The notes under the pieces: model-generated | The model's database searches: none | What the model was told of the DNA's origin: nothing | The model's input: the letters and a program-made list of their open reading frames with translations, nothing else | Translations under genes and position numbers: made by a program | Assembly: GCA_049969675.1 (NCBI GenBank) | Contig: JBMFOP010000035.1 | Coordinates: forward strand, 1-12,257 | DNA length: 12,257 bases | Direction of reading: 5' to 3' | DNA from: Myxococcota bacterium | Lineage (GTDB): Bacteria > Myxococcota > SpSt-1050 | Shown: one piece after another, positions 1-7,549 of the stretch | Layout of the letters: each line of letters starts with the position of its first letter | Numbering within the stretch: the first letter of the stretch is position 1

Positions 1-2
1 TT

Positions 3-371
3 AAAAATATAGAAAGTGCTAAAGATAAAAATGAAGCTGAAATATTATTATTTAAGGTAAAATCAGGATATGAAGAAGTCATGAAACTTTTGAAAGAAAA
101 ACGGAAAATTGCTCTAAAAGAAGGTAATTTGAAGAAAGTAGAGGAGTATGGATTGGCTCTGAAAGAATTGAAGAAGTTTGAGAAAATGTTGCCGGTCCTG
201 TTTAAGATGTTTGTGTTTGATGCTCCGGAGAAAGGGTTTGTGCTTAATGCCTCTTTGTTTGAAAAACGCTATTATCCGTCCTTTGAAAAGATGTTGAGAA
301 TTTTCAGGCCTAACCCTCTGCGATTTGTTCTAAAAATGGATGTGATGAAATACCTGTCACCTAAATTTTGA
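3..371 (+). CDS. Hypothetical protein, 5'-truncated (C-terminal part only)
   Basis: The frame of the 81..371 ORF stays open back to the window edge (KNIESAKDKNEAEILLFKVKSGYEEV before the ATG at 81), so the start lies upstream. Lys/Glu-rich helical sequence with no recognisable motif. Ends TGA at 369-371. Confidence 0.6.
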   Translation, partial: KNIESAKDKNEAEILLFKVKSGYEEVMKLLKEKRKIALKEGNLKKVEEYGLALKELKKFEKMLPVLFKMFVFDAPEKGFVLNASLFEKRYYPSFEKMLRIFRPNPLRFVLKMDVMKYLSPKF

Positions 372-522
372 TATGTTAGGGTTTAATAAATAATGAAGAA
401 ACCGGGGTATCCTAATCTTAAAAATGTGAATTTGTCAATCCAGAATCTTTATTTACAAACACCTGGCTTTTAAGAGGTAGATTATTTTGTACATCAGTGG
501 TGCAAAAAAGTTTAAAAAGTTC

Positions 523-551
523 TTGCCATAAATAAAAGTTTGTGCAAGATT
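523..551 (+). promoter_or_regulatory. Possible sigma70-type promoter of dnaE
   Basis: TTGCCA at 523-528 (5/6 match to -35), with a weak -10 (CAAGAT 545-550 or TGc-AAGATT 543-551) at 16-17 bp spacing. RBS-like GAGGGAG at 566-572 precedes ATG 577. Confidence 0.35.
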
Positions 552-576
552 TTTACTTACTTCACGAGGGAGAACA

Positions 577-3500
577 ATGACTCAATTTACACATCTTCAT
601 TTACATACACAATATTCATTTTTAGACGGTGCCATCAAGATAAAGGAGTTGATGAAGAAGATAAAAGAGAAGGGTATGAATGCTGTTGCCATAACTGACC
701 ATGGCAATCTTCATGGGGCAATTGAGTTTTATGAGGCGGCAAAGAAGAATGATATAAAGCCAATAATAGGATGTGAAATATATCTAAACCCGGATGGCTC
801 TTATAGAGAGAAGAGACCAGATTCTAAGAGAAACCATCTGCTGCTTCTGGCTAAGAATAAAGAGGGCTATAAGAATCTGATATATCTTGTCTCAAAGGCA
901 CATCTTGAAGGATTCTACTATGTCCCGAGAATTGATAAGAAGATACTGAAAGAGCACTCTGAAGGGCTTATAGGCGCATCTGCCTGTCTGGCTGGAGAGA
1001 TAAATAGTCTTATTTCTGTAAATAAGATAAAGGAGGCAGAGGAGGTTGCACTTGAGTATAAAAATATCTTTGAGCCAGACTCTTTTTATATTGAGATTAT
1101 GCGCACAGGTCTAAAGGAACAGGATAATAACAACCCCATTCTGATTGATATTGCGAGGAGAAATAATATCCCCTTACTTGCGACCAATGATTGCCACTAT
1201 CTTGAGAGAGAAGATGCCAGGGCACACGATATTTTGCTCTGCATTCAGACAGATTCAACTGTGGATGACACAGATAGGCTTCACCACGATACAGATCAAT
1301 ATTATGTTAGAAGTCCGGAGGAGATGAGAGGGCTCTTCTCTGACATCCCTGATGCAATTGATAATACGATGAAGGTGGTTGAGATGATAGAACTGGAGCT
1401 TGAACTGAATAAGCCGATGCTACCAGATTATGATGTCCCAGAAGGGTTTACACGAGAAGGATATCTTGAGCATATTGCCAGAGAGGGCCTCAAGAACAGA
1501 CTAAAAAAGATAAAACCAGTCGCCTCTGAAAAAGAGTATTTTGATCGTCTGGAATATGAACTGAAGATAATTAATGAGAAAGGTTTTGCAGGATACTTTC
1601 TGATAGTTCAGGACTTTATAAATTTTGCGAAGAGGAACAATGTCCCGGTGGGACCGGGGAGAGGTTCGGGGGCTGGTTCACTTGTTGCATATTCAATAGG
1701 GATTACCGAATTGGACCCCCTGCGATATGGTCTGTTATTTGAGAGATTTCTAAATCCCGAACGAAAGAGTCTCCCTGATATTGACACTGACTTCTGCAAG
1801 GACAGGAGAGAGAAGGTGATAAATTATGTCCGTGAAAAATATGGTGATGATAGGGTATGTCAGATAGCAACTTTCTCTGAACTTAAGGCAAAGTCCATAA
1901 TCAAAGATGTAGCCCGTGTCCTCTCTATACCCTTTGCAGAGATAAATGCCATCACAAAGTCGCTCCCCAATCGTGTAGGGGAAAACGAACTCACCGTGGA
2001 TATGGCAGTTGAACTGGAACCAAGACTCAAGAAGTATAAGGAGCTTGTAGATATCTGTAGAAAACTTGAGGGGCTGAACAGACAGACAGGGATTCACGCC
2101 GCTGGTGTGGTCATCAGCAATAGACCACTTATTGAAGTGGCACCATTGGCCCTTGCAAAGTTCTCTTCAAAGTCAAATGGTGATGAAGAGGAGAATGGCA
2201 GGCAGAAGGATGAGAAGGCAGTTGTAATACAGTTTATGAAAGATGATGCCGAGAAGGCCGGACTTGTCAAGTTTGATTTTTTAGGGCTCGAGACCCTAAC
2301 TGTTATCAATAATGCAGTTGAACTTATCAGAGAGAAGGAAGAGGGATTTAAGGACTTTGATATAAATCAGATTCCACTTGATGACAGAAAGGTATTCAAA
2401 TTGCTCGCAGAAGGCGATACAAATGGCGTATTTCAGTGTGAATCTCCGGGATTTAGGGGTATGTTAAAGAGATTAAAGCCTCAAAAGATTGAGGAGCTAA
2501 TCGCTGCGCTTGCCCTGTATAGACCAGGGCCACTTGATGCCGGACTCGTAGACCAATATATAAATCGTAAAAATGGGCTTGAGAAGATATCTTATCCACA
2601 TAAAAAGGTGGAACCTATCCTGAAAGAGACATACGGAGTTATAGTCTATCAGGAGCAGGTAATGAACATCTGTGTCAATCTCTGTGGATGGACCATGGGG
2701 AAGGCGGATTCTATCAGGAAGGCGATGGGAAAGAAAGATAGAGAGATAATGCAGAAGCTCTCTGAGGACTTTATAAAGAGCGCAGTTACTGTATCTGCAA
2801 TGAAAGAGGAGGATGCCAGAAATCTCTGGGAGCAGATTGAGAAATTTGCAGGCTATGCGTTCAACAAATCACATTCAGCGGCATATGCCATCATCTCATA
2901 TCAGACCGCATATCTCAGAACCCATTTTTACAAGTATTTTATGTGTGCAACACTAAGTAGTGAGATGGGGGATACTGAAAAGATTTCAGATTATCTTATG
3001 GACCTGAAGAGAAAGGGTGTAAATATATTACCACCCGATGTGAATGAATCTGAAGAGGGATTCTCCATAGATGAGAACGGTATCAGGATTGGGTTGCTCT
3101 GTATAAAAGGGATTGGAAAGAGTCTTGCAGAAGATATCATAAATGAGAGGAAGAGTTGTCGTTTTACTGGCTTTGCAGATTTTGTGAGGAGGATAAAGCC
3201 CAACAGAAAGGCACTGGAAGCTCTAATCTACTCCGGGGCACTTGACTTCTGTAAAGTACCAAGGCCTGTTATGATCGCCAATATTGACAGGGCATTAAAA
3301 ATTATTCAGTCCTCCGAAAAGAAGAGTAACAGCCTCAGCCTCTCTTTTGATTGCAAAGACGATGTGGAGTTTGAGTTTGAAAATATTGACCTGAGGCTCT
3401 CTGATGCACAGATCTTAAAACAGGAGAAGGATGTAATAGGCTTTTATGTCTCTGAAAATCCCATTCTACGATTTGTAAAGGAGATCCGTAAATTTGCACC

Positions 3501-4062
3501 TAATACCCTGAGTGAGGTCCACAACCTTGAAAACGGTTCTGATGTGAAGGTTGGGGGGATGATAATAAAGGTAAATATAAAGGTTGGAAAGAATAAAGAG
3601 AGATATGCCACATTATTTATTGAGGATGATACTGGTTCTGTAAATGCCTATCTCCCTACAAGGGTCTTTGAGGCAGCTCAGAATATTCTTAATACCGAAT
3701 ATCCTGTGATAATCTCTGGAACGGTAAGCATAATGGATACCGAATCTGAGGAGGCTGGATTAAGACATACAGTCAGGATAAATGTCAGAGAGATAACCCC
3801 CTTAAATGAAATGAAAAAACAGACAGTCAAACAGATAGTGCTGGATATCCCGGTTGTCGGGTTTGAACAGAAGAAACTCTTTGATTTGAAGAAGGTAATT
3901 ACACTATTCCCGGGTAATACTTCGGTGAATATCCTCTTCAGAAATGATAGCGGAAGGACCATCTATCTCACGCTACCAGAAGAATTCAATGTAAATAATA
4001 CAGATCAGTTTTTAAGTTCCATAAGAAGGGTCAGTGAGGCAATTATTGTGAAGAAGTTGTAG
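577..4062 (+). CDS. dnaE: DNA polymerase III subunit alpha (DnaE1-type replicative C-family polymerase)
   Basis: 1161 aa. N-terminal PHP motifs HLHLH..D, TDHG, GCE, ATNDCHY; GPGRGSGAGSLVAY; catalytic PDIDTDF and KFDFLGL; YQEQVM; FAGYAFNKSHSAAY; HhH, OB-fold and C-terminal domain. Length and continuity leave no room for an intein. Confidence 0.98.
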   Translation: MTQFTHLHLHTQYSFLDGAIKIKELMKKIKEKGMNAVAITDHGNLHGAIEFYEAAKKNDIKPIIGCEIYLNPDGSYREKRPDSKRNHLLLLAKNKEGYKNLIYLVSKAHLEGFYYVPRIDKKILKEHSEGLIGASACLAGEINSLISVNKIKEAEEVALEYKNIFEPDSFYIEIMRTGLKEQDNNNPILIDIARRNNIPLLATNDCHYLEREDARAHDILLCIQTDSTVDDTDRLHHDTDQYYVRSPEEMRGLFSDIPDAIDNTMKVVEMIELELELNKPMLPDYDVPEGFTREGYLEHIAREGLKNRLKKIKPVASEKEYFDRLEYELKIINEKGFAGYFLIVQDFINFAKRNNVPVGPGRGSGAGSLVAYSIGITELDPLRYGLLFERFLNPERKSLPDIDTDFCKDRREKVINYVREKYGDDRVCQIATFSELKAKSIIKDVARVLSIPFAEINAITKSLPNRVGENELTVDMAVELEPRLKKYKELVDICRKLEGLNRQTGIHAAGVVISNRPLIEVAPLALAKFSSKSNGDEEENGRQKDEKAVVIQFMKDDAEKAGLVKFDFLGLETLTVINNAVELIREKEEGFKDFDINQIPLDDRKVFKLLAEGDTNGVFQCESPGFRGMLKRLKPQKIEELIAALALYRPGPLDAGLVDQYINRKNGLEKISYPHKKVEPILKETYGVIVYQEQVMNICVNLCGWTMGKADSIRKAMGKKDREIMQKLSEDFIKSAVTVSAMKEEDARNLWEQIEKFAGYAFNKSHSAAYAIISYQTAYLRTHFYKYFMCATLSSEMGDTEKISDYLMDLKRKGVNILPPDVNESEEGFSIDENGIRIGLLCIKGIGKSLAEDIINERKSCRFTGFADFVRRIKPNRKALEALIYSGALDFCKVPRPVMIANIDRALKIIQSSEKKSNSLSLSFDCKDDVEFEFENIDLRLSDAQILKQEKDVIGFYVSENPILRFVKEIRKFAPNTLSEVHNLENGSDVKVGGMIIKVNIKVGKNKERYATLFIEDDTGSVNAYLPTRVFEAAQNILNTEYPVIISGTVSIMDTESEEAGLRHTVRINVREITPLNEMKKQTVKQIVLDIPVVGFEQKKLFDLKKVITLFPGNTSVNILFRNDSGRTIYLTLPEEFNVNNTDQFLSSIRRVSEAIIVKKL

Positions 4063-4381
4063 TCTTCCCTGTAAAATCCCCCTTAGAACCCTCCTTTCGG
4101 TCAAGTCTTAGACCAAAGAAATATAGAAAGAGCATAGATAGAATAAGTGAGGCAATAAAAATAACTTCATAATGCCATTCCTTACTGATTAAAAACATTA
4201 TTGGTCCTATTGTCATAGAGACCAGAAGTCCGGCAGGTATCAGCAGAATAAAGAGTATGTATGAAAAGAGAGAAGTATGGTTGTAGAAAGTTATTGCGAG
4301 TATTGTTATAAGGACAAATATAGATAGGAACAGGATCCTGTTCGGGATATTCAAAATAAAGTCATATATTTTGTTACTCAT
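4043..4381 (-). CDS. Small hypothetical membrane protein (about 3 TM helices)
   Basis: Three hydrophobic stretches. ATG at 4381 (MSNKIYDF, 112 aa) overlaps the end of the Na/Pi gene by 8 nt, which suggests translational coupling and is preferred over 4402. The 3' end overlaps the dnaE 3' end by 20 nt. Confidence 0.65.
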   Translation of the reverse strand: MSNKIYDFILNIPNRILFLSIFVLITILAITFYNHTSLFSYILFILLIPAGLLVSMTIGPIMFLISKEWHYEVIFIASLILSMLFLYFFGLRLDRKEGSKGDFTGKTTTSSQ

Positions 4382-5999
4382 TTTTAGGTTTTTTCCGTTC
4401 AATTATTGCATAGGCTATTCGTGTCGCAATGGAGTTGGCTCGCCTTAAGTGTGATAGAAGTTCAAGGTGAATTGAACTTGTATTCAGACTCTCCTTAAGC
4501 CCTTTGTGCAGCCTCTCAATATGTGCCTCCTTAAATTCACGCTCTTTCTCAGATAGTATCTCTTTGTGTCTTATCGCCTGTCTGGCGAGTTCCTCAGAAT
4601 CGGTATCAAATGCGGTGATTGATAGTCTGAATCCCTCCATTACATCCCTGTGAAACTCAAGAAGCTCCCTCTTCCCATCTTCAGAGAAGTGGTACCCCAT
4701 CTTTATCATCTTCCTTGCCATCTCAAGGATGGTGCGGTTTATCAAATCACCGATATTCTCAAGGTCACTTATGAATGAGATGAGGTCAAACTCCATTCTC
4801 GTCTGTTCTCTGGTAAAGAAGGATTTATCAATGTTGACAATATAGAATTTTATCTCCCTTTCAAGGATATCTACCTTATTATCTCTCTTTTGAATGTCCT
4901 CAAGCAGGTCCATATCGTGTTCCAGAAATACCTTTAGTGTATCTCTGAGCATTGATTCAACTATTGAACACATCCTCATAATCTCTCTTGAGGCATAGCC
5001 GAGGGCAAGTGCTGGTGTTATGAGTGCAGAACGGTCCAGATATTTGGGGCGGAATTGCTCCTGAGCATTCTCGGATTTTGTAAAAAATCTCTTCAAAAGA
5101 TTTGCAAATATGGTGGAGAATGGCAGCAGCAGGAAGGCGATTGTAACATTGAAAATCGTATGGGCATTTGCTATCTGCCTTGCCACATCTGTATCCGTCT
5201 GTTTGATTAGTTCAGCAAAATATGAAGTAAATGGGTAAAATATCAACACACCTAAGACCTTGAAGAGTGTATGGGCAACCGCCGTCCTCTTCCCATTTGC
5301 ATCTGAGCCAATCCCCGCCAGAAGGGCCGTAAAGCAGGTCCCAATATTGGCACCATATATAAATGGGATGGCGACCTCAAGCGTCATATTCCCACTTATG
5401 GCGAGAGAGATAACTATACCCAATGTGGCGGCGCTGGAATGGATGAGTCCGGTGATAATGGTAGAGAATAAAAGACATATCAGTTGATTCTCGCCAAAAT
5501 ATTTCAGTATGACAGAAAATAGCTCTGAGCTCTGTAGCGGCTCTGAACAGTCAATCAGGACCTTTATTCCATAGAATATCAGACCGAAGCCGAGTATCAA
5601 CTGCCCGACAAATTTGTTTCTATATCTCCTGCCGAAGAAAAATAATCCAAATCCAATGGCTACCAGCAGTAGCGAAAACTTATCCAGACGGAAACTGATT
5701 AGTTGAACTGTCAGTGTCGTCCCGATATCCGCCCCTAAAAGGATGGGCATTGCCTGAGTAAGGGATATCAACCCTGATTGAGTAAGACCTACGAGCATCA
5801 CGGTCATTGCCGTAGAACTCTGAAGAACAACGGTAAAGATGGCCCCCCAGAACATCCCGAAGAATCTATTTGAGGTAAATTGTTGAATAACAAGTCTTAG
5901 CCTTTCGCCAGCAAAGTGCTGTATTGCCTCTTTCAGGAAGTTGAGTCCCAGAAGGAAGATAGCAAGGCCACCGGAGAAATTTATTATAATTTCAAGCAT
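4374..5999 (-). CDS. Na+/phosphate cotransporter family protein (NptA/YjbB-like) with C-terminal PhoU-like domains
   Basis: 541 aa. GGLAIFLLG start; two family repeats LQSSTA...LGADIGTT and IHSSAA...GANIGT; RQIANAHTIFNV; soluble helical C-terminus with DLENIGD and HIERL...SSIHLELL. Confidence 0.93.
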   Translation of the reverse strand: MLEIIINFSGGLAIFLLGLNFLKEAIQHFAGERLRLVIQQFTSNRFFGMFWGAIFTVVLQSSTAMTVMLVGLTQSGLISLTQAMPILLGADIGTTLTVQLISFRLDKFSLLLVAIGFGLFFFGRRYRNKFVGQLILGFGLIFYGIKVLIDCSEPLQSSELFSVILKYFGENQLICLLFSTIITGLIHSSAATLGIVISLAISGNMTLEVAIPFIYGANIGTCFTALLAGIGSDANGKRTAVAHTLFKVLGVLIFYPFTSYFAELIKQTDTDVARQIANAHTIFNVTIAFLLLPFSTIFANLLKRFFTKSENAQEQFRPKYLDRSALITPALALGYASREIMRMCSIVESMLRDTLKVFLEHDMDLLEDIQKRDNKVDILEREIKFYIVNIDKSFFTREQTRMEFDLISFISDLENIGDLINRTILEMARKMIKMGYHFSEDGKRELLEFHRDVMEGFRLSITAFDTDSEELARQAIRHKEILSEKEREFKEAHIERLHKGLKESLNTSSIHLELLSHLRRANSIATRIAYAIIERKKPKNE

Positions 6000-6022
6000 T
6001 GAGAGATGAATTCACGAGGAGA

Positions 6023-6607
6023 TTATTGCTTCTTAATCCACTGGTCCACATCACCATCGCCATTCTTATCAATCCCGATTCTATCAATGGAGCCTTTATC
6101 ATCATAATATTCAAAATAGTCCATCTTCCCCTCCATCTTGGTTGAGATCTCTTTTCTTACAATCTTCCCCTTCTCAAAGTATTTTATTATATCTGGCTTC
6201 CCATCCCAGTTGAGGTCCATCTCCTGTCTGACAAGTTGACCCTTTTCTATATAATTGGTGGTATCAAAACGTCCATCAAAGTCAAAGTCAATCATCTCCC
6301 TTATGACCTCTCCCTTATCATTGAATATCCTGACCATATCCACCTTTCCATCATGATTGAGGTCAAACTCCTTCCTTACCACCACCTCTACTGGCTTACC
6401 GTCTTTTTCCACCTTTTTATAGTACTCCCAGATATCTGGTTTATTGTCTCCATTGAGGTCGTATGTCTTAAAAGGTAAGCCATCAACCTCTGATCTGCCA
6501 GTCTGTTCGCTGGCGATTGAAGACATATTTTGTGTGGTGGTGGCCTCTCTCCTTGGGCAGGCAATAAAGATTGTAATGACCAGAAATATTAAGAGAAGAT
6601 TTCGCAT
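6023..6607 (-). CDS. Lipoprotein with six DxNxDG-type (putative Ca2+-binding) beta-hairpin repeats
   Basis: AGGAGG lies just upstream of ATG 6607, making it a better start than 6625. Signal peptide MRNLLLIFLVITIFIA-C with lipobox. Repeats DLNGDNKPD, DLNHDGKVD, DFDFDGRFD, DLNWDGKPD, STKMEGKMD (degenerate), DKNGDGDVD, mostly about 22-23 aa apart. Confidence 0.85.
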   Translation of the reverse strand: MRNLLLIFLVITIFIACPRREATTTQNMSSIASEQTGRSEVDGLPFKTYDLNGDNKPDIWEYYKKVEKDGKPVEVVVRKEFDLNHDGKVDMVRIFNDKGEVIREMIDFDFDGRFDTTNYIEKGQLVRQEMDLNWDGKPDIIKYFEKGKIVRKEISTKMEGKMDYFEYYDDKGSIDRIGIDKNGDGDVDQWIKKQ

Positions 6608-6644
6608 TATATCCTCCTGTCTCATTTCAAATGACTTTATTTAG

Positions 6645-7259
6645 TCATTTTATAGTTACCGGATAGTAACGGCTATTTCTGAGTTTGTCAACCAGTTCCT
6701 TCTCTGAATTTATCTTTCCAGAGAAGATTGTGGCATACCCACCCAGATTCTCAAAATCTGTCTTAGTAGCACTCCCCGCAGTCATCGGTACTCCGAGTCT
6801 GAGCGCCGCATCATAGGCAAGCATATTGGCAGTCTTATCGGAATAACCCGATTCTACTTCAATGGCTGTCAGTCCCTCTATATTGAAGAGTCCATCTCCA
6901 AGAGTTATATCCACATCTTTGCAATATGGATGTGCAGCCACAATCGCTCCGCCAAACTCATTCACCATCTGAATAGCCCTATCAATGGAGAGATTCTCCT
7001 CCTTAAATTTTATCAGTGTCTTCGGCTCCGGTAGATAGATTAACATATGACCCCTGTTTGTGTGTATCTCCGCCCCAAAGAGAACCACCACCCCGATCTC
7101 CCTTCCATATTCTTTGAGCCCTTCGCTATCATCATAATAACCATCATCTGTAAAAACCAGTCCGTCCAGAAGGGTATTCTTCACACGGGCGATTATCTCT
7201 TTTGGCTCAAGAGGTGAATCCCTTGTGTGATTGGAATGTACATGTAAATCTATTAACAT
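6645..7259 (-). CDS. Stand-alone PHP domain protein (TrpH/YciV-like fold) with a degenerate metal site
   Basis: Likely start ATG 7259 (MLIDLHVHS, 204 aa) after AAGAGGT. PHP motifs DLHVHS, LDGLVFTD, GAEI...GHMLIY, GGAIVAAHPY, AIEV, AGS. Confidence 0.88.
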   Translation of the reverse strand: MLIDLHVHSNHTRDSPLEPKEIIARVKNTLLDGLVFTDDGYYDDSEGLKEYGREIGVVVLFGAEIHTNRGHMLIYLPEPKTLIKFKEENLSIDRAIQMVNEFGGAIVAAHPYCKDVDITLGDGLFNIEGLTAIEVESGYSDKTANMLAYDAALRLGVPMTAGSATKTDFENLGGYATIFSGKINSEKELVDKLRNSRYYPVTIK

Positions 7260-7279
7260 AAATTCATACCTCTTGCTGA

Positions 7280-7307
7280 ATAATATATATATTTTGCTAA
7301 ATTTCAA
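7280..7307 (-). promoter_or_regulatory. Putative sigma70 promoter for the PHP-lipoprotein-Na/Pi unit
   Basis: Minus strand TTGAAA (7307-7302), 16 bp spacer, TATTAT (7285-7280), about 20 nt upstream of ATG 7259. Confidence 0.5.
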
Positions 7308-7367
7308 GTGATTTCAATATACAATATAATTTTTACACCGCTGCCCAGAATAATCTGCTTTGAGTAG

Positions 7368-7511
7368 TTAACTATTTACCCCCAACAACTGAAATCACTT
7401 TGCTCCCTTATCAACCTTCGTCTCCTCTACCACCTTATAAAACTAAAAATTTTGTAGAATTTGCTTACGCCAATCATAGATTTGTCCAGAGATACTAATT
7501 TACTTACTCAT
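7368..7511 (-). pseudogene. Possible decayed small gene or 3-codon minigene (Met-Ser-Lys-stop)
   Basis: AAAGGAG (7525-7519), 7 nt, then ATG AGT AAG TAA (7511-7500). The same frame continues ISISGQIYDWRKQILQNF*FYKVVEETKVDKGAK*FQLLGVNS*. The 3' boundary is uncertain. Confidence 0.3.
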
Positions 7512-7549
7512 AGGAGGTCTCCTTTCAGGGTTGTTTGATTGACAAAATA

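Noticed and set aside
3330..3350. Alternative frame reading QPQPLF-stop at the DnaE clamp-motif position, suggesting a programmed frameshift to a short DnaE
   Set aside because: No canonical slippery heptamer or stimulatory structure is visible, and the main frame is intact on both sides. Most likely coincidence.
1145..3962. Short alternative-frame and antisense ORFs inside dnaE (1145-1327, 1608-1799, 1750-2097, 2094-2309, 2991-3203, 3678-3962)
   Set aside because: Fully nested in a conserved essential gene, with no motifs. Typical shadow ORFs.
4066..4100. C-rich tract AAAATCCCCCTTAGAACCCTCCTTT as a REP-like repeat or terminator
   Set aside because: No complementary G-rich arm and only one copy in the window.
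561..6022. TTCACGAGG occurs in two intergenic regions (561-569 and 6011-6019)
   Set aside because: A 9-bp match is expected by chance in 12 kb, and the two copies lie in opposite orientation relative to their downstream genes.
5260..6644. Plus-strand ORFs 5260-5487, 6236-6478 and 6444-6644
   Set aside because: Antisense shadows of the transporter and lipoprotein genes with no independent support.
7361..7378. Palindrome TAGTTAACTA (7365-7374) as terminator or operator
   Set aside because: AT-rich, no loop or U-tract, single occurrence. Insufficient support.
7539..7544. Perfect TTGACA on the plus strand
   Set aside because: No acceptable -10 at 16-18 bp spacing.
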